A DNA stretch of 64,000 bases, from the NCBI GenBank assembly GCA_963666275.2, contig CAXXOA010000002.1:1088001-1152000 (forward strand), written 5' to 3'. This DNA is from Oceanispirochaeta sp. GTDB lineage: Bacteria; Spirochaetota; Spirochaetia; DSM-2461. Of this stretch, positions 20,338-30,137 are shown in pieces; within the stretch, counting starts at the first letter, position 1, and every line of letters begins with the position of its first letter. The notes below the pieces were generated by a model. That model searched no databases. It was not told the DNA's origin and worked only from the letters and a program-made list of their open reading frames with translations. A program made the translations under genes and the position numbers.

Positions 20338-22647
20338 ATGAGTTATTCTGAAATCGGGAGCAGTACGCCCGTTCACGACGGTTATTCCAAGGTTACCGGG
20401 GCTCTCCTTTATACGGGTGACCTGCAGAAGCCGGGAACCCTCCATATGAAATTTCTTCTCTCCCCCCGGGCGCACTGCCGGATCCTCTCTTTTGATCTGT
20501 CCGAGGCGGAAAAAGTTCCAGGTGTCAGGAAGATCTATACCTGTTTTTCCACTCCCTCCCGGCTCTATAACAGTGCCAAACGCTTCGACGGGCATGATAT
20601 TGTGGAGGATGAATCCCTCTTTCCCCGGACCCTCAGGTTCAAAGGGGATTTTGCCGCGGCCGTGGCGGCGGATTCGCCCGAAGCCGCTGCTAAAGCGGTC
20701 AGGCTTATCCGGATGGAAACGGAAGATCTTCCGGCAGTCTTCTCTCTGGATGACGCTCTGAAACCGGGCGCTCCCGCCGCCAATGATGCGGTGCTCGGGA
20801 GCAACCGCATTGCTGATATCACCGTGGGTTACGGAGAACCAGAAAGTGAGCTGGCCCGGGCGAGTAAGGTTTATGAGGATGTGAAGGAAACCCCGGCTAT
20901 CCACCATCTGGCACTGGAACCCCATACAGTTCTGGCCAAGTACAGGGAAAGGAGAAAGCTGGTTATTCAGAGTTCCACCCAGAACTCCTTCGGCGTCCGA
21001 CTGCTCCTTTCGGAGCTGCTGGATATGCCCCGCAGCCGTATTCAGGTGATAAAACCTGCCATGGGGGGAGCCTTCGGGGCAAAAATTCCCATGATCCTGG
21101 AACCCTATGCCGCTGTCGCCGCCCTGGAGCTGGGAGCTCCTGTCCGGATTGAACTGACCCGGAAAGAGGTTTTTCTCTGCACCAGGACCCGGCATGCCTC
21201 AAAAACGCGGATAAGAACATCCGTCTCCCGGGACGGGAAGATCCTGGCTCAGGAGATCGATTACCTCATTAATGCAGGGGCCTACTGCACCCAGAGTGTG
21301 AACGTGGCAGCCGCGGCGGCCCATAAGGCGGTCAAGCTCTATCGAATTCCCCATTTCCGCATCACCGCCACACCGGTGTATACCAATCTCCCTGTGGCGG
21401 GAGCCATGAGGGGCTACGGTTCTCCCCAACTCTATTTTGCCGTTCAGACCCATCTGAAGAGAATCGCCGATGATCTGGGGATGGATTTTGTGGCGTTTCA
21501 GAAACAGAATCTCATCCATCCCGACAGCACCGAGCCTGTGTACGGATCTCCTATCGGAAATCCCCGTCCCCTGGACTGTGTCCGGACCGGGGAGGAGCTT
21601 TTCGGATGGGAAGAGAAATCCCGGTCCGTTCCGCCGGAAGGATTCCTCCGGGGGAGCGGCATGGCTGTGGGAATGCATGGCAACGGGGTTTTCAAGGTTC
21701 ATGTGGATTTTACGGGGATCCATATCAAGCTCAACGAGGATGGAACCCTTGTATTCTTCACGGGGAGTCATGATATGGGGAACGGCTCGGTAACCCTGCA
21801 GAAGATGATCCTGGCGGAGGAACTCAAAATTCCTGCGGAGAAGATGGAGGCCATCGAGACCGATACGGACAGCTGCCCCTGGAATCTGGGGGATTTTGCC
21901 AGCCGGGGGGTCTTTGTCTCAGCCCAGGCGGCCAGGAAGTCGGCTCTTCTGATGAAGGATCTTCTGCTGAATGAAGCGGTTCTCTACTGGGAGTCCCGGG
22001 ACTGGCCCTGTCAGCCCGGGGAACTGGCTCTGGGAAAAGAGCTGATCCTGCAGACAGGGACAGACCGCTCTGTCTCTCTGCAGGAACTGCTGCTGTTTAT
22101 TTATCAGGTCAGGCAGTTCTCCCCGGAAGTGACAGGCAGTCATGCCAATGAAGCCGACAGGACCTCCTACGGAGCCCATTTTGCCGAAGTGGAGATCTGC
22201 CGGAAGACGGGAGATCTCAGAATTACCGATTATGCGGCTGTCCACGATGTGGGAAAGGTTCTGAACCGGATGGGGATCGAAGGCCAGCTGGAAGGGGCTA
22301 TTCAGATTTCCACTGGTTTCGCCTTGTGTGAAGAGATGGTTTTTGATGAGATGGGAGCCCTGAAAAACGGGAATCTGAAGAAGTACAGGACCATTGATGC
22401 GGCCACTATGCCCCGGAAGATCCGGATGGCTTTTATAGAAGAGGGAGATGAACCGGGCCCCTACGGAGCCAAAAGCATAGGGGAATGTTCGGTTGTGCCC
22501 GGCGCCCCGGCCATTGCCAATGCGGTGGCCTCCGCTCTGGGATGCTATCCCGACAGGCTCCCCGTATCGAAAGAATGGATTATTGAGAAACTGAAAGAAA
22601 AGGACCTGTTTCTGGGAGATCCGGAAGAGGACGTTACAGGAGTATAA
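20338..22647 (+). CDS. xanthine dehydrogenase/aldehyde oxidoreductase-family molybdopterin-binding subunit 1
   Basis: KVTG...YTGD, LEPH, GGAFGAK, AMRGYG, GQLEG, GPYGAKSIGE (catalytic Glu). Confidence 0.93.
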   Translation: MSYSEIGSSTPVHDGYSKVTGALLYTGDLQKPGTLHMKFLLSPRAHCRILSFDLSEAEKVPGVRKIYTCFSTPSRLYNSAKRFDGHDIVEDESLFPRTLRFKGDFAAAVAADSPEAAAKAVRLIRMETEDLPAVFSLDDALKPGAPAANDAVLGSNRIADITVGYGEPESELARASKVYEDVKETPAIHHLALEPHTVLAKYRERRKLVIQSSTQNSFGVRLLLSELLDMPRSRIQVIKPAMGGAFGAKIPMILEPYAAVAALELGAPVRIELTRKEVFLCTRTRHASKTRIRTSVSRDGKILAQEIDYLINAGAYCTQSVNVAAAAAHKAVKLYRIPHFRITATPVYTNLPVAGAMRGYGSPQLYFAVQTHLKRIADDLGMDFVAFQKQNLIHPDSTEPVYGSPIGNPRPLDCVRTGEELFGWEEKSRSVPPEGFLRGSGMAVGMHGNGVFKVHVDFTGIHIKLNEDGTLVFFTGSHDMGNGSVTLQKMILAEELKIPAEKMEAIETDTDSCPWNLGDFASRGVFVSAQAARKSALLMKDLLLNEAVLYWESRDWPCQPGELALGKELILQTGTDRSVSLQELLLFIYQVRQFSPEVTGSHANEADRTSYGAHFAEVEICRKTGDLRITDYAAVHDVGKVLNRMGIEGQLEGAIQISTGFALCEEMVFDEMGALKNGNLKKYRTIDAATMPRKIRMAFIEEGDEPGPYGAKSIGECSVVPGAPAIANAVASALGCYPDRLPVSKEWIIEKLKEKDLFLGDPEEDVTGV

Positions 22648-22651
22648 GAGT

Positions 22652-23320
22652 ATGAAAGTATTGGGTATTTGCGGCAGCCCCCGAAAAGGGGCCACCGAAT
22701 GGTCTGTGAAAAAAGCTCTGGAGGTTCTGGAAGGGTATCCCGGGATTGAAACGGTCTACTGGTCCGTCCGGGGAAAGAAAATAGGTCCCTGTATTCACTG
22801 CGACCGCTGTATCCGGGAAAATTCCATGTGTACCATTCAGGACGATTACAAAGAGGTGGAAGCCCTGATCCTGGAAGCCGATGCGATTCTGGTGGGAAGC
22901 CCTGTCTATGATATGAATGTGACCGGCCAGCTGGCCATGGTGTTCAACAGAACGCGGCCTCACTATCTTGTTCATGCGGGAGGCCTGAAGAACAAAGTCG
23001 GTGCCGCTCTCTCTGTGGGGGGAACCCGTCACGGGGGGCAGGAAATGACCAATATGGCTATTATCAACTTTTTCCTGATGCATGAAATGCTTGTCACCGG
23101 AGGACTGGGGGGCTGCTACAACGGCGGAACCGTCTGGTCCAGAGATGACAGGGTGGCAGGAGCCGAAAAGGACGGCCCCGGAGCCGATACGGTCATCCGG
23201 CTGGCCCAGGGTATGGCCGAAGCGGTGATCACAATAGAGCATGGCCGGAAAACCGCCTACGAAATCATGGAGAAGGCTGAAAAACTCCAGGGATCCAACT
23301 CTCCCATCAGAGATCATTAA
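22652..23320 (+). CDS. iron-sulfur flavoprotein (Isf)/multimeric flavodoxin-like protein 1
   Basis: GSPRKG, CIHCDRCIRENSMC (CxxCxxCx5-6C), GSPVY, GGTRHGGQE. Confidence 0.88.
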   Translation: MKVLGICGSPRKGATEWSVKKALEVLEGYPGIETVYWSVRGKKIGPCIHCDRCIRENSMCTIQDDYKEVEALILEADAILVGSPVYDMNVTGQLAMVFNRTRPHYLVHAGGLKNKVGAALSVGGTRHGGQEMTNMAIINFFLMHEMLVTGGLGGCYNGGTVWSRDDRVAGAEKDGPGADTVIRLAQGMAEAVITIEHGRKTAYEIMEKAEKLQGSNSPIRDH

Positions 23321-23339
23321 GAAAGGAACGCAATCAGTC

Positions 23340-23825
23340 ATGGAGATCCGTTTTACCCTCAACGGCCGGAGCGTCACTGCCGAGGTAGAAAAAAGACAAA
23401 CCCTTCTCTCCCTTATCAGGGATCACTTCCATCTGACCGGAACCAAATACGGCTGCGGAACAGGAGACTGCGGGGCCTGCAAGGTGCTGCTGGACGGGCA
23501 GGCTGTGACCTCCTGCAATCTGCCCTCCTACAGGGTGGACGGCCGGTCTGTGGTGACTATTGAAGGGATAAACGGGGAAGACGGCTCTCTCCATCCTGTT
23601 CCGCAGGCTTTTCTGGACGCCGGTGCGGTTCAGTGCGGCTTCTGCACACCCGGCATGGTGATTCAGTCCATCGACCTTCTGGGCAGGAATCCCGATCCCC
23701 ATGAAGAGGAGATCCGGGAGGCTCTGAAGCACAATATCTGCCGCTGTACGGGGTATGTAAAAATTGTTCAGGCCGTTCAGAATGCGGCAGAGCTTATGAA
23801 AGGAAAGGATGGGCTCCATGGCTGA
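23340..23825 (+). CDS. 2x[2Fe-2S] small subunit of a Mo-hydroxylase (CoxS/XdhC-type)
   Basis: GTKYGCGTGDCGACKV...SC, QCGFCTPG, NICRCTGY; start ATG 23340. Confidence 0.93.
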   Translation: MEIRFTLNGRSVTAEVEKRQTLLSLIRDHFHLTGTKYGCGTGDCGACKVLLDGQAVTSCNLPSYRVDGRSVVTIEGINGEDGSLHPVPQAFLDAGAVQCGFCTPGMVIQSIDLLGRNPDPHEEEIREALKHNICRCTGYVKIVQAVQNAAELMKGKDGLHG

Positions 23826-26574
23826 TAAGCAGATCTCTTTAAAAATAAATGGATCCGGGCATTCTGTCCTGGTTCGGCCCGGTCTGACTCTCATGAAATT
23901 CCTCCGGGAGGATCTGGATCTGACCGGAACCAAATGCGGCTGCGGCGCCGGAGACTGCGGAGCCTGCAAGGTCCTTGTCAACGGACAGGCTGTAACGACC
24001 TGCAATCTGCCTCTCTCCCGTCTGGACGGAGCGGATATCGTCACCGTGGAGGGCCTGGCCGAGTCCGCCCTCGATGGAGGAGCTCTGCATCCGGTACAGC
24101 AGGCATTTATCGATGCCGGTGCGGTTCAGTGCGGCTTCTGCACCCCCGGTATGGTCATCACCACTGTGGATCTTCTCTCCCGCCATTCCCGCCCCTCCGT
24201 GTGGGAAATCCGGAAGGCCTTTGAGAACAATCTCTGCCGCTGTACGGGATACGCTAAAATTATCGATGCGGTCAAAATCGCTTCGGGCCAGATGACCCCT
24301 CCTGAAAAAAGTGACGGAGTGGGAGGATTTTCTCCTGTGACCCGGGTTTCTTCCAAGGTAACTGGCCGTCTGAAGTATACAGCGGATATGAAATTCTCCG
24401 GAGCCCTGAAGGGAAAGATCCTCTATGCTCCGGCTCCTCACGGGATTGTAACGAAAATCGACACCGAAAAGGCCCGGGCTCTTCCGGGGGTTGTGGATGT
24501 GGTGACCTTTGAGGATATTCCCGACAGGACATTCAACAGCCATATTACGGTTCCCTATCAGGACGTCCGGAAGAACGACAGGATTTTCAACAGCCATTTC
24601 CGCTACAGAGGGGACAGGATCGCCGCGGTAGCCGCTGTAGATGAGGCCACCGCCCGGAAGGCCCTGAAGCTGATTGATGTGGAGTATGAGGCTCTCCCTT
24701 TTCTGAGAACGCCGGAAGAGTCCCTTCAAGAGGGGGCCCCTCCCATCCATGAAGAGGGCAATGCTCCGGCGGAAATCTCCGACTCCTCAGGAACTCTGCC
24801 CGACAGCCGGGAGGACTGGTTTGTCTATGAAGATACCTTCCGGACCGGCCGGGTTACCCATGCGGCCATGGAGCCCCATGCGGTCACAGCCCTCTACGAA
24901 GAGGAGGTACTTACAGTCTACAGCTCCTGTCAGAATGTTTTCTGTTATCAGGCTATGCTGGCCGAACTGTTTGAACTGCCCTTTAACAGGGTCCGGGTGA
25001 TCAAACCCCCTGTGGGAGGAGCTTTCGGCGGCAAGTCCGAGATGGTTCTGGAACCGGTAGCCGCTCTCCTGGCCCTGCGGACAGGCCGTCCCGTGGCCAT
25101 GGAAATGACAAGGAAAGAGGTGTTCAGTTCCACAAGGACCCGAACCCCTGTGAAGATAGAGCACAGGATCTGTGTGGGGGCTGACGGGCTTTTCCGGGAG
25201 CATGACTATCAGGCTGTTATGGACAGAGGCGCCTACTTCGGCAGCGGGTTCGATCTGGGCTATGCCTTTATGGACAAAGCCTACCGCCTGTACCGGGTTC
25301 CCCGTATCGCTACAGAAGTTAAACTGGCCTATACCAATAATCAGCCCCCCGGTGCCATGAGGGGCTATGGGAATCCCCAGCTCTCCTTTGCCAGAGAGGT
25401 TCTTATAGACAGAATCTGCCGGGACAGGGGTTGGGATCCCGTGGAATTCCGTCTGGCCAATCTGATTCAGCCGGGGGATAAAAACCCCTCGACAGGAGAC
25501 GATCTGGGGGCAGCCCATCCTGCGGAGTGTCTGAAAGCAGGGGCGGAAAAGTTCCGCTGGGACGAGAGGAAGAGGCTCTGTCATGAACACAACAGCATTC
25601 CCGGTCAGACTCTTCTCCGGGGGATCGGTGCTGTCTCGGGGGTCCACGGCGCGGGAATCTATCCGGGCTGTGTGGACTATTCTACCGCTTCGGTAAAACT
25701 GTTCCCCGACGGTTCGGCTGTGCTTACAATTTCGGCCCATGAGAACGGCCAGGGAAGCAGCATCCTTATGAAGAAAATCCTCTCCTCCTGTCTGGATATT
25801 CCGGAGGATAAAATCTCACTGGCCGAGACGGATACCCTGATGACGTTCTACGATAATGGAAGTTACGCCAGCAGGGAAACCTGGGTATGTGGACAGGCTG
25901 TTCTGAAAGCCGGAGAAACCATGAAGAGGCTCCTTCTGGAAGAGGGGGCCCGGATGTTCGGCTGTGCCGCAGCTGATGTGGAGTTCTGTGACGGCAGTGT
26001 CCGTTTTAAATACGCCGAAGGAAAATCGGCCTCTCTTACCGAGCTGGTCAGGCATGCGCAGACAAGCTATCCCTTCCGGGATATGGCTGTGATTGAGAGC
26101 GTTCCCTGTCCTTTTGATCCGGGAGCCTACTTTTCCAACTTTGCCGAAGTGGAAGTCAACAGGGAAACCGGTGAGGTCAGGGTTCTGGACTTTCTGGCTG
26201 TGCACAATTCGGGTACACCCATTAATCCTGTCATGCTGGAGGGTCAGGTGGAAGGAGGCCTTCACATGGGTCTGGGATTCGCCCTTTCCGAAGAGCTGGA
26301 TGTGGACCCCGAAACAGGGGATGTGAAGAACGGAAACTTCAGGAAATACGGATTTTTCCGGGCTTCCGAGATGCCTGAGACGGATGTGCTCTTTCTGGAT
26401 AACCCGGAAGAACCCGGTCCCTACGGGGCGAAGAGTATCGGAGAAGCCACAACCGGAGGGGTCGCTCCGGCGGTTATCAATGCCATCAGTCATGCCACGG
26501 GGGTGGATTTTTCCACCCTGCCTGTGCGGGCGGAGGATGTTCTGGCGGGGTTATCCGCTTCAAATAATAAGTAA
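23818..26574 (+). CDS. Mo-hydroxylase subunit 2 with fused N-terminal 2x[2Fe-2S] domain (aldehyde oxidoreductase-like architecture)
   Basis: GCGAGDCGAC, QCGFCTPG, NLCRCTGY, then MEPH, GGAFGGK, AMRGYG, GQVEGG, GAKSIGE; start at 23809 or 23818. Confidence 0.93.
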   Translation: MADKQISLKINGSGHSVLVRPGLTLMKFLREDLDLTGTKCGCGAGDCGACKVLVNGQAVTTCNLPLSRLDGADIVTVEGLAESALDGGALHPVQQAFIDAGAVQCGFCTPGMVITTVDLLSRHSRPSVWEIRKAFENNLCRCTGYAKIIDAVKIASGQMTPPEKSDGVGGFSPVTRVSSKVTGRLKYTADMKFSGALKGKILYAPAPHGIVTKIDTEKARALPGVVDVVTFEDIPDRTFNSHITVPYQDVRKNDRIFNSHFRYRGDRIAAVAAVDEATARKALKLIDVEYEALPFLRTPEESLQEGAPPIHEEGNAPAEISDSSGTLPDSREDWFVYEDTFRTGRVTHAAMEPHAVTALYEEEVLTVYSSCQNVFCYQAMLAELFELPFNRVRVIKPPVGGAFGGKSEMVLEPVAALLALRTGRPVAMEMTRKEVFSSTRTRTPVKIEHRICVGADGLFREHDYQAVMDRGAYFGSGFDLGYAFMDKAYRLYRVPRIATEVKLAYTNNQPPGAMRGYGNPQLSFAREVLIDRICRDRGWDPVEFRLANLIQPGDKNPSTGDDLGAAHPAECLKAGAEKFRWDERKRLCHEHNSIPGQTLLRGIGAVSGVHGAGIYPGCVDYSTASVKLFPDGSAVLTISAHENGQGSSILMKKILSSCLDIPEDKISLAETDTLMTFYDNGSYASRETWVCGQAVLKAGETMKRLLLEEGARMFGCAAADVEFCDGSVRFKYAEGKSASLTELVRHAQTSYPFRDMAVIESVPCPFDPGAYFSNFAEVEVNRETGEVRVLDFLAVHNSGTPINPVMLEGQVEGGLHMGLGFALSEELDVDPETGDVKNGNFRKYGFFRASEMPETDVLFLDNPEEPGPYGAKSIGEATTGGVAPAVINAISHATGVDFSTLPVRAEDVLAGLSASNNK

Positions 26575-26587
26575 GGTGATTAAATAA

Positions 26588-27196
26588 ATGAAAATACTCG
26601 TATTATTAGCCCATCCATCGGAAGGAAGTCTGAATTCCGCCATCGCCCGGAGGGCTGTCGCGTCTCTGGAGAGGATCGGACATGATGTTGTATTTCATGA
26701 TCTCTACAGGGAAGATTTCAGTCCCCTCATGACTGAGGAAGAGCTGGCTGAAAACTATACACCTTCCGGCCTGGTCGGCCGGCATTGTGATGAACTGAAA
26801 TCTGCTGACGGTATCGTGGTGGTGCATCCCAACTGGAGGCATCAGGCTCCGGCTGTTCTGAAGGGCTGGGTAGATCGGGTAATCCGTTCGGGAGTTGCCT
26901 TTGAATATGCCGGGGAGGACGGCGGGGAAGGCCGTCTTGTTCCTCTGTTAACGGGCAAATCGGTCACTGTATTCAATACAGCAGACTGCCCTGAAGAGGA
27001 GCTTACAGCGTTGGGTGATCCTTTGAAGCAGTTCTGGGGGCAGATTGTATTCGGGAACTGCGGGGTGGATCAGTTTGTAAAAAAAGATTTCTGCAGTGTT
27101 TTTCTCAGTACACTGGATCAGAGAGAAGCCTGGCTGGAAGAGGTGGAAACTCTATTGAAAGAGCAGTTTAAAGTAGAATCATCCATATTTATCTGA
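26588..27196 (+). CDS. flavodoxin-fold NAD(P)H oxidoreductase (MdaB/KefF/NQO-like)
   Basis: LAHP, DLY..DFSP, HPNW..PAVLKGWVDRV. Confidence 0.85.
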   Translation: MKILVLLAHPSEGSLNSAIARRAVASLERIGHDVVFHDLYREDFSPLMTEEELAENYTPSGLVGRHCDELKSADGIVVVHPNWRHQAPAVLKGWVDRVIRSGVAFEYAGEDGGEGRLVPLLTGKSVTVFNTADCPEEELTALGDPLKQFWGQIVFGNCGVDQFVKKDFCSVFLSTLDQREAWLEEVETLLKEQFKVESSIFI

Positions 27197-27201
27197 TTTT
27201 A

Positions 27202-27245
27202 TTGCATCTTTTGTACAAAAAAGACACAATAGTCATCAGATGACT
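27202..27245 (+). promoter_or_regulatory. putative internal promoter with palindromic operator upstream of ubiD-1
   Basis: TTGCAT(27202)-17 bp-CACAAT(27225), immediately followed by the palindrome AGTCATC-A-GATGACT (27231-27245). Confidence 0.5.
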
Positions 27246-27265
27246 TAATGAATAGAGGTGTGTTG

Positions 27266-28600
27266 ATGATAAATGATCTGAGATCCTATATGAACGTACT
27301 CAGGGAGCAGGGAGAGCTGAATCTTCTGGAATCACCTGTTGATTTGAATAGAGAGCTGGGAAGCATACTGGCTTCTGTAGAGAAGAAAGGCATGCCGGCT
27401 GTCCACTTTACCAACCTGAAAGAACGGGAAGGAGAAGTGGTGGGAGGGCTCCTTTCCAGCCATAGGAAAATCGCCCTGGCTCTGGGATGCAAAACAAAAG
27501 AAATTTCCAACGTGCTTATGAAAGCGTATGAGAATCCCATCAAACCGGTGAAAGTGAAAACGGCGGATTTTCATAAGAATATCAAAACAGGGAAAGAGGC
27601 TTCCCTTATGGAACTGCCCATTCCCATCCATGCTCCCGAGGACGGCGGCCCCTTTATCACCGCCGGCGCCTGTATTTCAAGGGATCCCGAAACGGGCAGA
27701 CAGAATGTTTCCTTTCAGAGAATGCATATAAAGAGCGATAACCGTTCGGGGATCATGATCAACGAGTGGCGCCACCTCCGGGAGATGATGAAAAAAGCAT
27801 GGGCCAAGGGGGAAGGACTTCCCATTGCCATTGCGGTGGGAGTTGATCCGGCGGTTCTGATCGGGGCGGGGTTCCGTTATGACGGGGATGAGATGGAAAT
27901 TGCTTCGGCGATCCGTCAGACTCCCATCGAGGTCGTAAAGTGCCAGACCAGCGATATCCTGGTTCCGGCCCATGCGGAATATGTTATTGAAGGACAGATC
28001 CTTCCGGACCTTCTGGAAAAGGAAGGCCCCCTGGCTGAGTTTACCGGTCACTATGGAAAGCTCTGGGACAGCCCTGTGTTCGAACTGGAAGCCATCTGCC
28101 ACAGGGATAAGCCGATCTGGCAGACCATGAACGGCGGGTCCTTCGAACACATCAATCTGGGGAATGTCCTGCCCCGGGAACCTCTGCTGGAAAATTACAC
28201 CCGCTATGTCTCCAAAAATGTGGTGGATGTGCATATTCCTCCCTACGGGGGCGGATTCCTGGCACTGATTCAGATGAAGAAGACCAATCCGGGAGAACCG
28301 AAAAATGTCGCCATGGCGGCCATGACAAGCCATGTGAACATAAAAAATGTTATTGTTGTAGATGAAGATACGGATATCTACAACGCCTCCGAGGTCTGGT
28401 GGGCTGTAACAAACCGGGTGAATCCCCGGGAGGATGTTTTTGTGGTTCCCAATTCCCAGGGGCATGAACTGGATCCCTGCAGTGATCCCGTGGGAGTCCA
28501 GAACAAGACAGGTATAGATGCCACTTCCAAAGCGCATATGAGTGATCTGAAGAAAGTGGTTTATCCTGATTATGATCTGACTCAGCTCGCTTTTTCGTAA
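27266..28600 (+). CDS. UbiD-family prFMN-dependent (de)carboxylase 1
   Basis: LPIP..DGGPFIT, NVSFQRM, AEYVIEG, EGPLAEFTGHYG, IVVDEDTDI, GIDAT; start ATG 27266 after GAGGTG. Confidence 0.92.
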   Translation: MINDLRSYMNVLREQGELNLLESPVDLNRELGSILASVEKKGMPAVHFTNLKEREGEVVGGLLSSHRKIALALGCKTKEISNVLMKAYENPIKPVKVKTADFHKNIKTGKEASLMELPIPIHAPEDGGPFITAGACISRDPETGRQNVSFQRMHIKSDNRSGIMINEWRHLREMMKKAWAKGEGLPIAIAVGVDPAVLIGAGFRYDGDEMEIASAIRQTPIEVVKCQTSDILVPAHAEYVIEGQILPDLLEKEGPLAEFTGHYGKLWDSPVFELEAICHRDKPIWQTMNGGSFEHINLGNVLPREPLLENYTRYVSKNVVDVHIPPYGGGFLALIQMKKTNPGEPKNVAMAAMTSHVNIKNVIVVDEDTDIYNASEVWWAVTNRVNPREDVFVVPNSQGHELDPCSDPVGVQNKTGIDATSKAHMSDLKKVVYPDYDLTQLAFS

Positions 28601-28643
28601 TGCCGGGGATGTGATTTTTTATTGATAGGAGTGAAGAGATAAA

Positions 28644-30128
28644 ATGATGGAGATATATGATTCAGTAAAAGCCTTTCTGAGTGAACCGAAAGGGAATCTG
28701 ATCGACGGCGCTTTTGTTCCTGCTGTTTCCGGAGAGCGGGCCAATGCCAGAAACGCTTCGGACGGGACAACCCTCGGACAGACTGCCGCCTCGGGAAGTG
28801 CGGATGTGGATGCGGCTGTAAAAGCCGCGGCCGGAGCGTTTCCCTCCTGGTCGGCTTCGGCTCCAGGATACCGGGAAGGGGTTCTGCGGAAGTTCGGGGA
28901 GCTGATTCAGGCTCACAAAGAGGAACTGGCTCAGCTGGAGTCCCTGGAAACCGGGAAACCTGTGGATCATACCATGAAAATTGATGCTCCTGTCTCCTCA
29001 TTCAACATGCTCAATGCCTCGGGGATTCCCAGTCGGATCACCGGGGAAACCATACCGGTTTCCGCGCCGGGAATGTTTGTCTATTCTCTCCGGCAGCCTC
29101 TGGGTACCATCGGGATCATTCTGCCCTGGAACTATCCGCTGATCCACTTTTCCCAGAAAGCCGGACCGGCTCTGGCGGCGGGAAACTGTGTGATCATCAA
29201 GCCCGCCTCGGTGGCGTCCCTTTGTATTCTCAGACTGGGAGAACTGGCCTGTGAAGCGGGGCTTCCCCCGGGAGTTCTCAATATCCTGACCGGAAGCGGC
29301 AGTGTTATCGGCAGTGCCATTTCCTCCCATCCGGGAATCCGGAAGGTTCAGATCACCGGTTCCACTGCTGTGGGAAAAGGGGTGATCAAAGCGGGGGCGG
29401 AAAATCTGAAGCGGGTGACCCTGGAACTGGGTAGCAAAGCGCCGAATATTATTTTCGATGATGCAAACCTGGAGAAAGCCATTGAGGGCGCCTTTGACGC
29501 GGCCTTCGGCAACACAGGACAGAGCTGTGTGGCGGGAAGCCGCCTTTATGTACAGGACAGGATCTACGATGCAGTTCTGGCGGGACTTCTGAAAAAAATC
29601 GAGACAGTGAAAACAGGACCCGCCATGGATGAAGAGACCCGGTTGGGGCCGATCGTGGATGAAAATCAGTTCAATACCATTATGAAATACATCGAAACCG
29701 GTAAATCCGAGGGAACTCTGCAAACCGGTGGTTTCCGTATGACAGGGGGGAATCTTCCGGAGGGAGGATTCTACATCGCCCCTACTGTTTTTACTGATGT
29801 GGCTGATGATGCGGTGATCTCCCGGGAGGAGATATTCGGTCCGGTAGTCTGTGTCTATCCCTTTAAAACAGAAGAGGAAGTGATTGCTCGTGCCAATGAT
29901 ACCCGGTATGGCCTGGCCGCCGCAGTCTGGACCGGGAATCTGGGCCGCGCAAGCAGAGTCTCGGCAGCTCTGGAGTCGGGAGTGGTCTGGGTGAATACCT
30001 ACGACAGATTCTCCTCCAATGTGCCTTTTGGCGGTTTCAAAGAGAGCGGTTACGGCAGAGACAATGGAACAGCGGCGATTGAGGCTGTGACAGAACTGAA
30101 GTCCGTCTGGATCAATACAGCAGAATAG
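28644..30128 (+). CDS. NAD(P)-dependent aldehyde dehydrogenase
   Basis: PWNYP, TGSTAVG, LELGSKAP, GQSCVAG (catalytic Cys), EEIFGPV, PFGGFKESG. Confidence 0.95.
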   Translation: MMEIYDSVKAFLSEPKGNLIDGAFVPAVSGERANARNASDGTTLGQTAASGSADVDAAVKAAAGAFPSWSASAPGYREGVLRKFGELIQAHKEELAQLESLETGKPVDHTMKIDAPVSSFNMLNASGIPSRITGETIPVSAPGMFVYSLRQPLGTIGIILPWNYPLIHFSQKAGPALAAGNCVIIKPASVASLCILRLGELACEAGLPPGVLNILTGSGSVIGSAISSHPGIRKVQITGSTAVGKGVIKAGAENLKRVTLELGSKAPNIIFDDANLEKAIEGAFDAAFGNTGQSCVAGSRLYVQDRIYDAVLAGLLKKIETVKTGPAMDEETRLGPIVDENQFNTIMKYIETGKSEGTLQTGGFRMTGGNLPEGGFYIAPTVFTDVADDAVISREEIFGPVVCVYPFKTEEEVIARANDTRYGLAAAVWTGNLGRASRVSAALESGVVWVNTYDRFSSNVPFGGFKESGYGRDNGTAAIEAVTELKSVWINTAE

Positions 30129-30137
30129 GGAGTACTT

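Noticed and set aside
19501..21195. 564-aa minus-strand ORF
   Set aside because: Antisense to GntR and the Mo subunit, which carry clear motifs
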